NCBI GenBank assembly: GCA_012295275.1
Contig: CM022665.1
Coordinates: 23,808,001 to 23,872,000, forward strand
Reading direction: 5' to 3'
Length of the DNA stretch: 64,000 bases
DNA from: Chrysomallon squamiferum
Lineage: Eukaryota; Animalia; Mollusca
Positions 37,201 through 49,536 of this stretch are shown here, piece by piece. Position numbers and translations under genes: made by a program. Position 1 is the first letter of the stretch; the number at the start of each line of letters is the position of its first letter. The notes beneath the pieces were generated by a model that searched no databases, had not been told where the DNA came from, and worked only from the letters and a program-made list of their open reading frames with translations.

Positions 37201-40200
37201 GAATTAACTGTACTGAAAGAAAAACATCAGTCATTGTTGGATGCATATGACATGAAGACCCAGGAGACAGAACTTGAAAAACGATATCTGCAACAAAAGC
37301 TTGATGAACTGAATTTAATGAAAGATGAAGTGGAAGAAGAAAATTTGTGTTTGTCTGAGAAACTGACAACTAACAAAGTAGATATTGAGGTCAAACAAAA
37401 TCTGATCAATTCTTATGAACTGGAATTAAGTAATCTGAGAATCGCCCAACAGAAACTTGAAAGTGATGCTGAAGAAGTGCAAAAAACTAAGCAGGCTGAA
37501 ATTGAAGAATTAACTGTTAAGTGTGAAAAGCTGGAAATAGAACTGGAAAAAAATAAAAGTGAGATGGTATGTTTTGCATCTAAAATTGATTTGAAGGATT
37601 CTGATCTGACTGCTAGAGAGTCTGAAATGGAATGTCTTGTTCAAGAAATTGCTTGCTTGAAACAACAACTTGCAGATACTGACCTTGAGTTTTGTAAGAG
37701 CAGAGAAGAAAATGACCAACTGAAGAAACAAATTGAAGAAATGAAAAATGAAGCCAGGGATATTTCTTTATCAAACCAATCTCTGCAGACAAGGCTAGCA
37801 GAGCTGGAAACAGAACGTGAAAGTATGTTAACATCATCAGCCAATGAAGATGAAAAATTTAGAGAACTGAATTTTGCTTTTACAGCAAAGGTTGAAGAAG
37901 CTAAATCAGTAACCTTGGAAGTAGAAAACCTGAAACTCAAGCTGACAAATGTTGAAAATGCTCATAAACAATTACAAGAAGAACATGAACACTGTTTACA
38001 AGAACACGAAATAGAGGCACTTTTATCATTAGATGAAAAAGAACATTTGAAAGATCAGTTACTGGAATCAGATACTGATTTAAAAAAGATGTCTTTGGAA
38101 TATGAAGAACTTAAAAGTGGTAGAATTAATCTTGAAGAGCAAATTACTTCAATTACCAAAGAAAAAGAAATGGTGACAATAAAACTGGAAGAAGCTTTAT
38201 GTGCTGTAACCGACATGGCAAACAAAATGAACTGTTTACAAAATGAGAGTGAACATTTAAGCAATGTGGAAAGGATAAAAAATGAGTTTCAAACTATGCT
38301 AGAAAATTCTGTCAAAAACCATGAAAATGATTTAATGCTGGCACAAGATACACAGATGTCCCTGAAGCAGCAATTGTCTGAAATGGAAAAGCAGCTGAAA
38401 ATGAAAGATGAAGAATTAAAAAACCTGCAAAATAATGTTGCATCCTTGGAGCAAGAAATTGCCAGGTACATTTTGGAAAATGAGCAGCTGACATCTGATC
38501 TTCAGCAAAAAGATGAAAACTTCCAACAGGTGAAGATATCATGTGAGAAACTTTCAGCATCTGTAAAAAACAGTGATGATGAAATTGCTGTATTGAAAAC
38601 TAAGGAACAGGCTTTAGAGGAAGAGAAATCAGACACAGTAGTCAAGTTAGAAATGGTTGAAGCAGCCAGACTGGAAGCAGAAGCAAATTTAAGAGTGTAT
38701 GAATCAGAAATTTCCTGTTTGAAACAAGAATGCCAGCTTAACTACCAACAACTCCAAGATGCTAAGAGAGCTTCAGATGAATTATTTAAACAGGTGAAAG
38801 AGTCAGAATCAGAAACAGAATTGTTAAAAGCTGAAATTCAAGAAAAGAACACTGAACTACATAATAAGAATATTGAACTGAGTGTCCTTTCATATGAGCA
38901 AACAGAGTCAAATAATAGACTTAAAGAGATTAATACAAATCTAACATTGTCTTTAGAACAACAAGAAAAGAAAGTAGCTGAATTAAATGAGCAACTAGAA
39001 AAAGTAAATGAACTGCTAACAAACAAAAATGAGAAAATTGATAATATGAAAGAAGAACAAAGGGGCATGCAAAGTGTTCTAGAAGAAAAAAATAGGCATA
39101 TTATTCATGTTGAAAAAATACTTGAAAACTATAAAGTGGAAAAGGAGAATCTGAAGACTGAAATTGAAAAGGTGACTGAAGATGTACAAACTAAAAGAGA
39201 AAATATTGAAAAGCTTGAAAGCACCATTCAAAATTTCCAGTTGGACCATTCTGTTCTGGAAGAACAAATCCAAGTACTGAAAAGCACACTGACCTCCAGT
39301 GATCATGAAATAACGGAAGTGAAAGATACTTGTTTGTATCTGAAAAAAACTATTGAAAATCAAGACGATCTTTACAAAAAAGATTGCAGAAAACTGAAAG
39401 AAGTCAAAAACATGCTTGAAACATTGAAGGCAGAGAAGCAGGATCAGGATCAGAAATTAGAGAAGGCATCTCAAAATGAAACAAAGTTAAGTGAACAGAA
39501 TAAAATGCTTAATTCAAAGAACACTGCTCTGGAAAAGGATTTGACAGCAGAAAAATCAACAGTGAAGAAATTAAGAGAACAGCTAGCAGCTCTGCAGACA
39601 AAAGTGGTAACTCTGCGAACAGAAAACAGTCAGAATAAAGATAAATGGAAAATACAAGAAAATGAAAAAAAACAACTGCTCAGCCAATTCTTGACATTAG
39701 AAGATCAGAAGGCAAACCTGGAGAAAACCAATCATTCTCTTACTAAAGAAATTGAAGGCTTGAAAACCGAACTTGCAAAAAATGTTGTAAATGTAGAGAA
39801 GATCCAGAAACAATTTGCTGAAGCAGAGAGAAAGTGTGAAATGACCGAGAATGAAAAAATAAAAGCAGAAAGCCAGAGCAAAAAGCTTCTTGAAGAAGTC
39901 ACAGGCTTGAAAAACCAGATAATGGAAATGGAAACAGAAATCAGTACCTTAAAAAACCATTGTAAAGAACTGGAAATAAAACTGAAAAAAGTGTTGGAAG
40001 AGAAACTTGTGAAGTCTGAAGTAAAAACAAGAGAAGTTCAGCCATCAGTCAGTTCAAAAGCTAATGTGTTGGGAAAAGATCTTGTCAAGTCTGAAGTAAA
40101 AACAAGAGGAGTTCAGCCAACAGTCAGTTCAAAATCTAATGTGTTGGAAAAAGATCTTGTCAAGTCTGAAATGAAAACAAGAAATGTTCAGCCATCAGTC

Positions 40201-42336
40201 AGTTTAAAAGCTAATGTGTTGGGAAAAGATCTTGACAAGTCTGAAGTAAAAACAAGAGGAGCTCAGCCAACAGTTGGTTCTAAATCTAATGTGTTGGAAC
40301 ATAATCCTGTTGAGTCTGCACAGACTTCAAAATCTAACGTAAGAAGATCAGCAACAGAGTCATTAAAGGTATGTCAGTTATTTTAAATAATTCAAAATAT
40401 TTTGTATGAGATCAGGAACAATACATGTCTGTCCACTACACAGTAATCACAGGGGTGTTCAGTTCTGATCCATATTTAGTGAGTTTGTGCTATAAATAAA
40501 TCCCTTGCTTAATAATGAAACTGCATGCAAATAAGGTTATGGAAGTAAAATGTTTTGTATATGTGCACTGGAAATACAACTGTCTGTTGAAAAATTACGT
40601 AATATTTTGATCAAAAGCTAAGTTAACATATATAAATTAAAAGAAGATTCTGGATAAAGATATAATAATGGGAGGAAACGTACACAATCTTATTAAATGA
40701 TATTGTTAATAAGAAAAACAAACATAAAATATTGTTTTTATAAAAAATGTATATGTTACAGTAATTGTTATTTATTTTTTAAATACAGGCTAACAAACTG
40801 AAAGAACAAACCCAGTCTATGAAAAGAAAACTCTCAGAACAACCTTCACAACTAAAGAGAAGTGGTATGTTTTTAATGTGTTTTAATCTGAATTTAAATA
40901 TAACAGCAAAAAACAATTTCTTTTCTTTTTCAGGAATATTTGTTGAAGTAATAAAAGCTTTAAGAGAAAGGCCTCTTTATATAAAAATTTAAGTTTTGTT
41001 TGGGTTTTTTTGTGGCAGAGGATAACCTTTTTGGAAGGTTTTTATTATTATTATTATTTTTTTTTTTTTTTTTTTTTTTCATTAATATTTGGAAGGTGTG
41101 AAATCTTGTTATCTTTAAGCATTCTGCAGGTACCTTGAGAACAACATACTAATAATTTGTCTTGCCATCATAATCATAACTGCTGCAGATAGATTTGAAT
41201 ATGGATGGTTGAATATAACCTCAAGAGATCATTCATATTAACGTTATAATGTTTCAGCTTTGATTTCCTGTGCTTCTTAGAGTTGTTGATGGGTATTTTA
41301 TTTTGTTAAATCTGTGTCAAACAGATACTTAACTAACACAATATGTTTTAGCTTGATTAATATTATTTTTCTAGATTTAATAATGTCTTTGAATTCACTG
41401 TGACAGTAAGATTAAATGAAATCTATGCTATAGAACTATTTTGGATGGCTTGGTATTATGTGCTTAGCATTTAACACATTTCATTTAAATCTACAAATAA
41501 CTATTGATCAGAAACAAACTTTGCAGTTTGTGCCTTCCAAAAAGACTAAAGTAGAAAACTGCAGGTAACACAAGTAAATGTATCTGTTTCAGATGGAACT
41601 AAGACAAAGATAGAATTCTTTGAAAGACAAGCTGAAACAAATAAAAAGCGTAGAGCTGCATACATACAGTCAGTAGTTAGTGATACAACCATCAAGGGTT
41701 TGTACTGTGTTAGTTTTGTTCAAATGTCAGTTATTCTGCACTTAATGAAAAAAATACATTACCACAAAGGAGGAAAATGTTGAGAACTGCACTCATTATA
41801 ACATCTTTGCTTATTTCACAATTTGTTTATTTTTGTATTATGGTACTAACATGTTAGTATTGTATTGGTGCTTGCTGGCCAAATCTAAGAACTTTTATAA
41901 AATCTTTTTAACTTACTAATCTTCTAACCCTTTTATATAATAGTTTTGACAACAGCAATTTCTGTTGTTGAACAATGATTAACTGCTTTTGGTTTTAGTT
42001 GCCACATAATAATAATAATTTAAAAAAAAAAAAAAAAAATTATATAAATTCTTTTAAAAGTCAGTGTATTTGATATTTTATAAATATTGTTATTATATTC
42101 CAGGCACAGACAGAAGTCCAAAGAAAACAACACTAGGAATTGGGAAAGGATTTTGTCAAGACATTTCCAACAGCCCTAAAAAGAAATTTCCTAAAACTGA
42201 CAAGGTTAAAAAAGCTGCAACACCACAAAGGTGTCTCAGTTTAAACAAATCACCTGAACTCAAACACCAGAAACGACCAGTGTCAAAACCAGACAAACCA
42301 ACAGAAGATGTTGAACAGGAATGCAATGTGCAATAG
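28260..42336 (+). CDS. CENPF: Centromere protein F-like coiled-coil protein; 14 coding exons, about 2650 aa
   Basis: Exons: 28260-28397, 28786-28998, 29339-29579, 30086-30195, 30537-30735, 32177-32379, 32579-32791, 33193-33667, 33978-34143, 34520-34647, 34916-40368, 40789-40864, 41593-41697, 42104-42336. Phases are consistent; the sum is 7953 nt. N-terminus MSWVADEWKDGLPARALQRIEQIE...QFQLDSLEQALQNQK matches the CENP-F N-terminal motif; long coiled coil; C-terminal CAAX box CNVQ*. Confidence 0.9.
40006..40305 (+). repeat. Coding tandem repeat, 4 x 75 nt (25 aa), in the CENPF giant exon
   Basis: Units start at 40006, 40081, 40156 and 40231, each like LVKSEVKTREVQPSVSSKANVLGKD. Confidence 0.92.
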
Positions 42337-43913
42337 TTATCTCTGAAATCATTTCTTCACTCTCCACATCTTCATTATTATGACTATGTAGTGCTACCAC
42401 ATGACTTTTGACAGGAATTGAATTATAATATTAACCTGTTTATAACCATATTTTTTGTTCATTACAATTTTTAAACAATTTTTTTTTTTTTTTTTTCCAC
42501 ATGTAGTTATATCTTCTGTGTTAGGATGTTACTGATTTAGACTGCTATGTGGCAGAATTTTCATTTTATTTTTTTTTTTTTTTTTTTTAATAAGATATAA
42601 AGACATCTTTAGAAATAAATACGATGTGACAATATAGAAGTCTGTCATGCATCTTGTAGATGCAAATTATACTCAAGTAAGTAAATGTGCAACTGTTCAT
42701 CTGCTAATAATCATTTTTTAAATTTTTTTAGTTTAATCTTTTATTATGTTTGGTCACAGTACTTGAAAAAAAAATGTTCTGCATTTGTTTTATCCTATCT
42801 TGTCTGAAGTAATATATTAAAATTCTTATCACTTTGTTAGTATGCTTAAAACAGATGATTTGAACACCTCACATTTATTCTTTCATTTCCAGTATTTATA
42901 TTAACTACCTGATTTAGTATTATGGACGAAGTTAAAATAATTTTAAATTTCATGTTTCATTCTCATTAACATTATAGCATTTTTAACAAGTTTAACTGTC
43001 AAATACATTTTAGGGTAATGTATATTAAGCACTGTTAAATCAAAAAATGTAAAGTTCGATATGTACTCATGTTCTCTACTGTCTCATCTATAGGAATGCA
43101 TAGATTCTTATTAGTCTAGGTTTATGCATAACATTTTAATTGTGTATTTAATACACTGAAAACAAGGATACTAGATTTATAAGTTGTTAAAAACATCTGA
43201 TAAGATTATTCTTCATGCAAATGATAAAAGTATAATCTGTAATGAGGTTATTATGTAGTTCTTAAAGATTGAACAGGAGTAAAATGGGAATTATATAACA
43301 TCTATATGAGGTAATTTGCAATTTATAATTTTTTGTGTATGTTTCCCTTTTTTTAAATTTGTATTTGGATGGAGACAAAACGTGTCATATACCTGATGTT
43401 TGTCTGCCATCACACAGCAATTCATTCATGATGTTTTGAAATTACATGGGTGGGTTTTTTGTGGGGGTGGTTCTTGTACATTTTTAATTATGTTTACATT
43501 GTTCAGGCTACTATTATTTTGAGAGGGAAAAAAATTGAAAATCATTTTGTACCAAGCCCATTCAAATTATTTTGGCATGAGTAAATTACATATTTTTATT
43601 AATCATTCCTGTGTAAATCAGCCTTTGATAAACATGATCATAATTTCTTGTAAATAGTTCTTGTATTTATTGTTTTAATAAGTGCTTGAATATTTCAGTT
43701 TACAAATGTCATTTTTGTTTGTAATTCATAGTTAACGAAGCCACACATGTAATGTGGAAAAAAAAAAAAAATTCATTGATGCAGAACATCTGAGGTTTTC
43801 TGTTTACACAGATGTTAATTTCTGATGACATCTTTCTCAGATAAAATAGCATCTTTGATCTCTGTTTGATATTATATATCAGTTATGTGCTAATTCCAGT
43901 AATACTTTATCTA

Positions 43914-43985
43914 CTGTTTTGCTTTTGGACCTCATAAATTACTGTGTCTCCTGTTTTGTTTTTGGACCTCATAAACTACTATGTT
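43914..43985. repeat. 37-nt tandem duplication between CENPF and TMEM223
   Basis: ctgttttgcttttggacctcataaattact / ctgttttgtttttggacctcataaactact. Confidence 0.75.
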
Positions 43986-44659
43986 ATTATGTAGACTTTA
44001 AGAAAATGGCATTTAAAGAATGTTTTCATTTTAGGTTAAGAATGGACATAAATTTATAGCTTAAATGTTATAGATGATTTTGTGTCCTTTTTCATTTAAT
44101 AAAGCAAACTGCCATGCATTTATTATTGTAATGCACATTCGTTATTAAAAAATTATCATATTTGACTCTGTTTTGCTGTTTATTTAGCCATTCTATAATA
44201 AAACAATTTATATATATATATATATATACATCAGCATATTATTGAACTATAACAACTGTTCTACAAACAAACAAAAAACCCAGACATGTCAGTGGTTTCA
44301 CCAGCTACAGAAGTATTTTATTTTTAATCTACTTTTCAAAATATCCTTTTATTTAGTACTGGCAATATTAATCTTAATATAAGAAAATATATTTTATATG
44401 TGTCCAGCAACAATTGATACAGTTTTCAAATATCTCTTCCAAGGTAACTGCTGAACAGCATAAAAAGAAGCCAAAGCATTTAGGAGTTATTAAATATTCT
44501 GAAAACAAAATTAAATGTCACATTTTTTGTCACCAATCCTAAATATTTATTCTGCACAATTGTCAGTATGACCTAAATGTAACACATTACTTCTGGAAGT
44601 AAAATATGTGGTTAAACAACTTTATCAGTTTTACAGGAGAGTGTCTACTCCAGTTATGC

Positions 44660-45606
44660 TTACTTCAGATTCCTCATCAATCCAATACTATAGTCAAAGA
44701 GTTCAGTATTGTGAAATGTTCCGTTCTTATCAAGAAGGAAGAAAAGATGTTTTCCTTTCACCTTCATTGGAATATAAGCTCCTGGACCTTCCCGAGCCTG
44801 AAGACAACTTATATTTTCCAAAGCTGTCTGCACCTTACCTCCTCTTCCAAACCATGTTTGAGTTTCTATTTGTACTTCCCGACCTCCTTGTAACAACCAC
44901 AAGTTGCGTACTGATCTCAGTGGATATATTATTGTGATAATGAGAAAACCAGTTCCTGGAAACAGGAGAAAAGGTAATTTAAGTAAATTGAAAACAAAAT
45001 TTGTTTAAAAATGTTACATTCTTTATTACACATTAAACAATTTTTAACTCTCATCAAAAATAATTTAAATGAGTTCAAGACTAATATTTTATATATCTTT
45101 ATGATTGTGACTCACAAGCTAAATTAAGTTTTATTCATATATACGTTTATGTTTACAAATGTAGCTTAACTAGACTTAATACTCAAAGGATGTATAAAAT
45201 TACCAAGAACGAAACACAAAAATGAAACTCCATTTTTGTATTTTCCTTCAGCTGCATTAGTTAACTTCTGTGCAAACCAAGATAAATTGCTTCCATCATC
45301 TAACTGACCAATTCGTTTCTGCTGTTCCTCTACTGGTTCATCTCTAAGATGGTAAGCTGTTATTGCTAGATAGGTTAAACAGGACCACTGGACAACACCA
45401 CAAATTGTAAGCATTCTATAAAAGGAATCGCTCGTATAGTTCGAGTATACATGAACATCTTGTTTAACACGTGGATCAACTTCAAACGGGCGGGTTGATT
45501 TTGCTCTTGTCGTTCTTAAAAACAATATCTTCTGTTTCGCGAGATTTTGACTTGTTATGTACGTTTGTCTACAGACTTGTCTGATTAAAGGCAGCAATCC
45601 GATCAT
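44660..45606 (-). CDS. TMEM223: Transmembrane protein 223 (mitochondrial); 2 exons, about 232 aa
   Basis: Exons 45606-45204 and 44955-44660 (phase 1). Arg-rich N-terminal presequence-like region, two hydrophobic segments, and C-terminus PMKVKGKHLFFLLDKNGTFHNTELFDYSIGLMRNLK typical of TMEM223. Confidence 0.88.
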
Positions 45607-46272
45607 GATGGATATTGTCAGTTGACACTGAGTTAATGAGAAACAGTAAATTACAATTCCTTTTTAATCATCTTTTCTTTTTTCAAGCTCAGGATATTTT
45701 CATCAATTATTTAAATACCAATTCAATTCAGTTTACTGCTTGCTCTTGAATATAATCTGACATTAAAACGTGCTTTCCGTAAAAATCCAAGGTCTCGAGT
45801 CACATGTCAAAAAAATAACTGAATGTTCCTTATATTAATTAATAGTCAGTAAGAATCAAATAATAAAGTGACATTGATGTTCTCTGTATTTATAAAGTAT
45901 TGTTAAACTGAAATAAACTTGCACTCAGCATCTATATTCTAATCGCCATATAAAATCGAAATCTGTCGAAATATTCCGAAGAATTACGAATGTGGCAAAA
46001 GGAAGAAAGGGAACAATAATTGTTCAGAAAAGATTTGTAAAAAATAACAACAAAACGATGGTTCTGTTCTATAATTATATCATAGTATGAAAAAAATAAT
46101 AGATTTATGTAATTTGTTTTATGACATTAATATTTTTGTGACTAGATATATTCTATAACTGAATAAACAATTACATTACAATAGTTACTCCCGTTACATA
46201 TTTCCTTTTCTTGTTTACCTTAGAAGCTGAAGGCTTTCAATTTTATATCGATAGTAGCATACTTATTACAGA

Positions 46273-46763
46273 ATGGATGACGAAGAATTTGATTTTGGGG
46301 CAACAAAATCTAGAGTTTGTATTTTTTTTGTTTTTTAGAACCTAAAATAAATATATTTTCTTTTTATCAAAGGTGTTCTAGCCCGATGAACTTTAGTGCA
46401 GTAGGACACTAAATTATAAATAGGATGATGATGATCAAAAAGCAAACTACTAATAATATTACAGTATTATAGTATATATATATAATATATACAGGCAAAG
46501 CTAGAGACATCAAATTACATATAATCTTTTACTTCACAGTTACGTTTATTTAAAATAAGTCAGTTAAAGTTTATCATGTAATTCAGGTAAATATGGACAT
46601 TATAAAAAATGTTATTATAATTAATTAATAATTTGAATTATATTTTTTATTTATTTATGTATTTATATTTATATTTATATTTATTTATTTTTTTTATTTA
46701 TTTATTTAAAAATACAAATTAAATATAAAAATGTTTTCCTCAGAGGAAAAAATAATAATAAAA

Positions 46764-46796
<33 letters not shown>

Positions 46797-49496
46797 TGTT
46801 GCAGATTTGACCCAAAATGGCACATGAACTAAATTGCTTAATATTTCTGAATTTCAGACAAATTAAATTCAAAAGAAAAAAAATATTTTGTTTTCATAAT
46901 ATAAAATTCTATTTTATATTCCATTAAATATATTATATGTCATTTATTATTTTTTAAGGAATATTTTTATTGTTGATTTACATTATAACAAACAATTTTG
47001 GAGAAAAACACCAAAAAACCTCCAAAAAACCAAGAACATAATAATAATAATAATAATTTTGTATTCTTTAAACATGAAACAAAAATAAATACACAAATAA
47101 GTTTAGTTCTCCAATCTAATTTTTAGCATAGTTTTATTATTTATCCTTTTTAATGGTAACAGTTATTTCAGTCATACAGATAGATGCTAAAAATAATTAA
47201 CAAATGACAATATTTCAGAGTGCAAAGCAAGGGCGGCGAGCAAAAAATGTTCCTGATAAAGTGGCAGATGAACCACAAGATGAAGAAGAGGCAACCCATA
47301 CACCTCCAACATCAAAACAGGTATAATAATAATAATAACTTCTGTCTATTTTATTAAGATTTCAGTAAGAAAATTGTGTAATATTTTAGAAAGAAATGCA
47401 AATTTGGATAGCACCACCTTAAACATTAATATTTTTAAGGTAGATACATTTATTATCTATAGTGGAAACTACAGTGAAGATTATGACTTCAAACTGGCAA
47501 ATATTAGTTGTTTTATAACAGTTTGAATTACAGATGATTATTTCTAATTTATTAATGAACAGAAGTTTAGACATTTTCCATCAGTGAATTTTTCATTTTT
47601 TTTAAATTTTTCATTTTGATAATTAAACATGATATATGAAATGAATTAAAATGTATTAACTTTAAAAAAAACAAAAACAAAAACTAATAATAATTTGTGT
47701 TTCACACAGAATGGGCCTCCAGGTCGACCTGCCAAAGCGATGTCTGGCTGGGGAGAAGAAGCACCTAGGTCAAGGGGACGGTAGATATTTGGACATTTTT
47801 AATTATTTTTTTTTAATATGATGTATTTTATTATTTAGCAAAAAAGAAAGAAAATGTTTCCCACATGGACTGCATTATTTGAATACTGAATATAAAAATG
47901 TTTTTGGTTGAAATTATTTATTTTTATATTAATCTAATGCAAATTATTGTAATTGACTGTTGCATACAGAAAAGAAAGACCAATTTTGCCATATCGATTG
48001 CAGCATTTTAATACTAAACACAAAATTGAAAAATTATTTCTTTTATATTAATCTAATACAAATTAGTGTAATAGAACTCTTGTATATTATGTGATACATA
48101 AAACAACACTAAACAGTAGATACTACTTTCACTGATTAATGAATGACTGTTATATTTATATTGTACACTCTTTTCATAATTAGTTTCATTAACAGTTGAT
48201 GGACATGGAAACATATTTGAAATATATATGCATATAATAATAAAATTCACAGTGTACTGCATTAGTTTGCATACTTGCATGTCATAGCTAGAAAATATTA
48301 CCCCTTATAATAACAAATATTTGCATGTTTATCTACTTACTATTCTGACAGTAAATATGTTAATTTTGTACCCATTTAGCTGGGGCTGGTTTTTTGATTA
48401 TTTATTTGTCACTAAAGTTAATCAGTTTTATTTTTATGGGTTAGTAAATATCAGTTACAATCAGTTATTTATAGAACAGGACTGTAACTGTCATCCACCT
48501 CTGTTTCTGGCCCCAGTTTTGGTTTTCTGATTCTCTACTGAAATAGAAGTCAAATTACAGAGAAAAAAGAAACACTTTCTGAAATAGGATTTTGTATTCA
48601 AACAGTTACGCTCCATATGCTGTATCCAAAAATGAACCATTTATTTATTATTATTATTTTTTGTTGTTGTTGTTTCATGTTTAAAATATGCAGAATTATT
48701 ATTCTTGTTTTTATTGTGATTGTAATATTTTATACTGGTTTGCTGGGACTGTTCACACTATTCTAATATAAATAAAGAGGACTGGGAACAGTTTTTCTCA
48801 CATTTTATCAACCAACCTTCTGAAAAGAAAAGAAGTCTTAAAAATATGATGTAAATATTCTGTTATCCCAAACTAGAAGCAGCAAAGCTGGTTTGATAAT
48901 TCATACTTGAAATTTGTGATATGTATTTTAATTACCAAGGAAATGTTTAGATATGTTATATGCTTGACCTGTACATGTATGTAGCTTTGTGCTGTCTTGT
49001 TTTGTACCTGCCTCCTGCCTGTTCCTCCATCGATGTGTGCTGTTTTTTGTCCATATATCACAGTACGAGGCAACTTGGAGAAGGATTTGAGACGTTTGAA
49101 GAGTAAGTTTAGCATGGTGAAGTCTTGAGTGTTGTAGCTTCATAGACCAGTTTGTGTGTGAATAATTATTTGAAAACTTTAAATACAGGTCTTAAGTTAC
49201 ATTTTATAACATATTCTTTTCAGTCATTTTATTATAACATTCAGGTTCTTTTTTTTTCAGTTTTTATAATTATATGTTGAATTGAGAAGTGAAAAAAAAT
49301 AAAAATAAAAAATAAATGCAGTTTTATATATTTAGTGGAATACTTGTGTTATTTAAATTATTCAACATGTTCTATCAGCTTACATTTCAATTTTTGTTTT
49401 CTTGTTTAAAGTTAAATGTGAGAAATAAATTCTGGTTTGCTCTTATGTGAATAATTTTATCAATGGACTGTGTAATTTATACATCTTGGGGATATT

Positions 49497-49536
<40 letters not shown>

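Noticed and set aside
35489-39363. Multiple minus-strand ORFs of 60-109 aa
   Set aside because: Antisense shadows of the E/K/Q-rich CENPF giant exon.
40006-40305. Regular repeat as a CRISPR-like array
   Set aside because: Contiguous in-frame coding units with no unique spacers, in a eukaryotic exon.
41490-41563. Extra CENPF exon (QTLQFVPSKKTKVENC)
   Set aside because: Entering in the required phase hits TAA, and the following intron would be only about 29 nt.
44606-44937. Two plus-strand ORFs (95 and 109 aa)
   Set aside because: Antisense to TMEM223 exon 2.
46180-46230. X-box upstream of IFT43
   Set aside because: Only half-site-like matches (gttact, gtttac); too weak to call.
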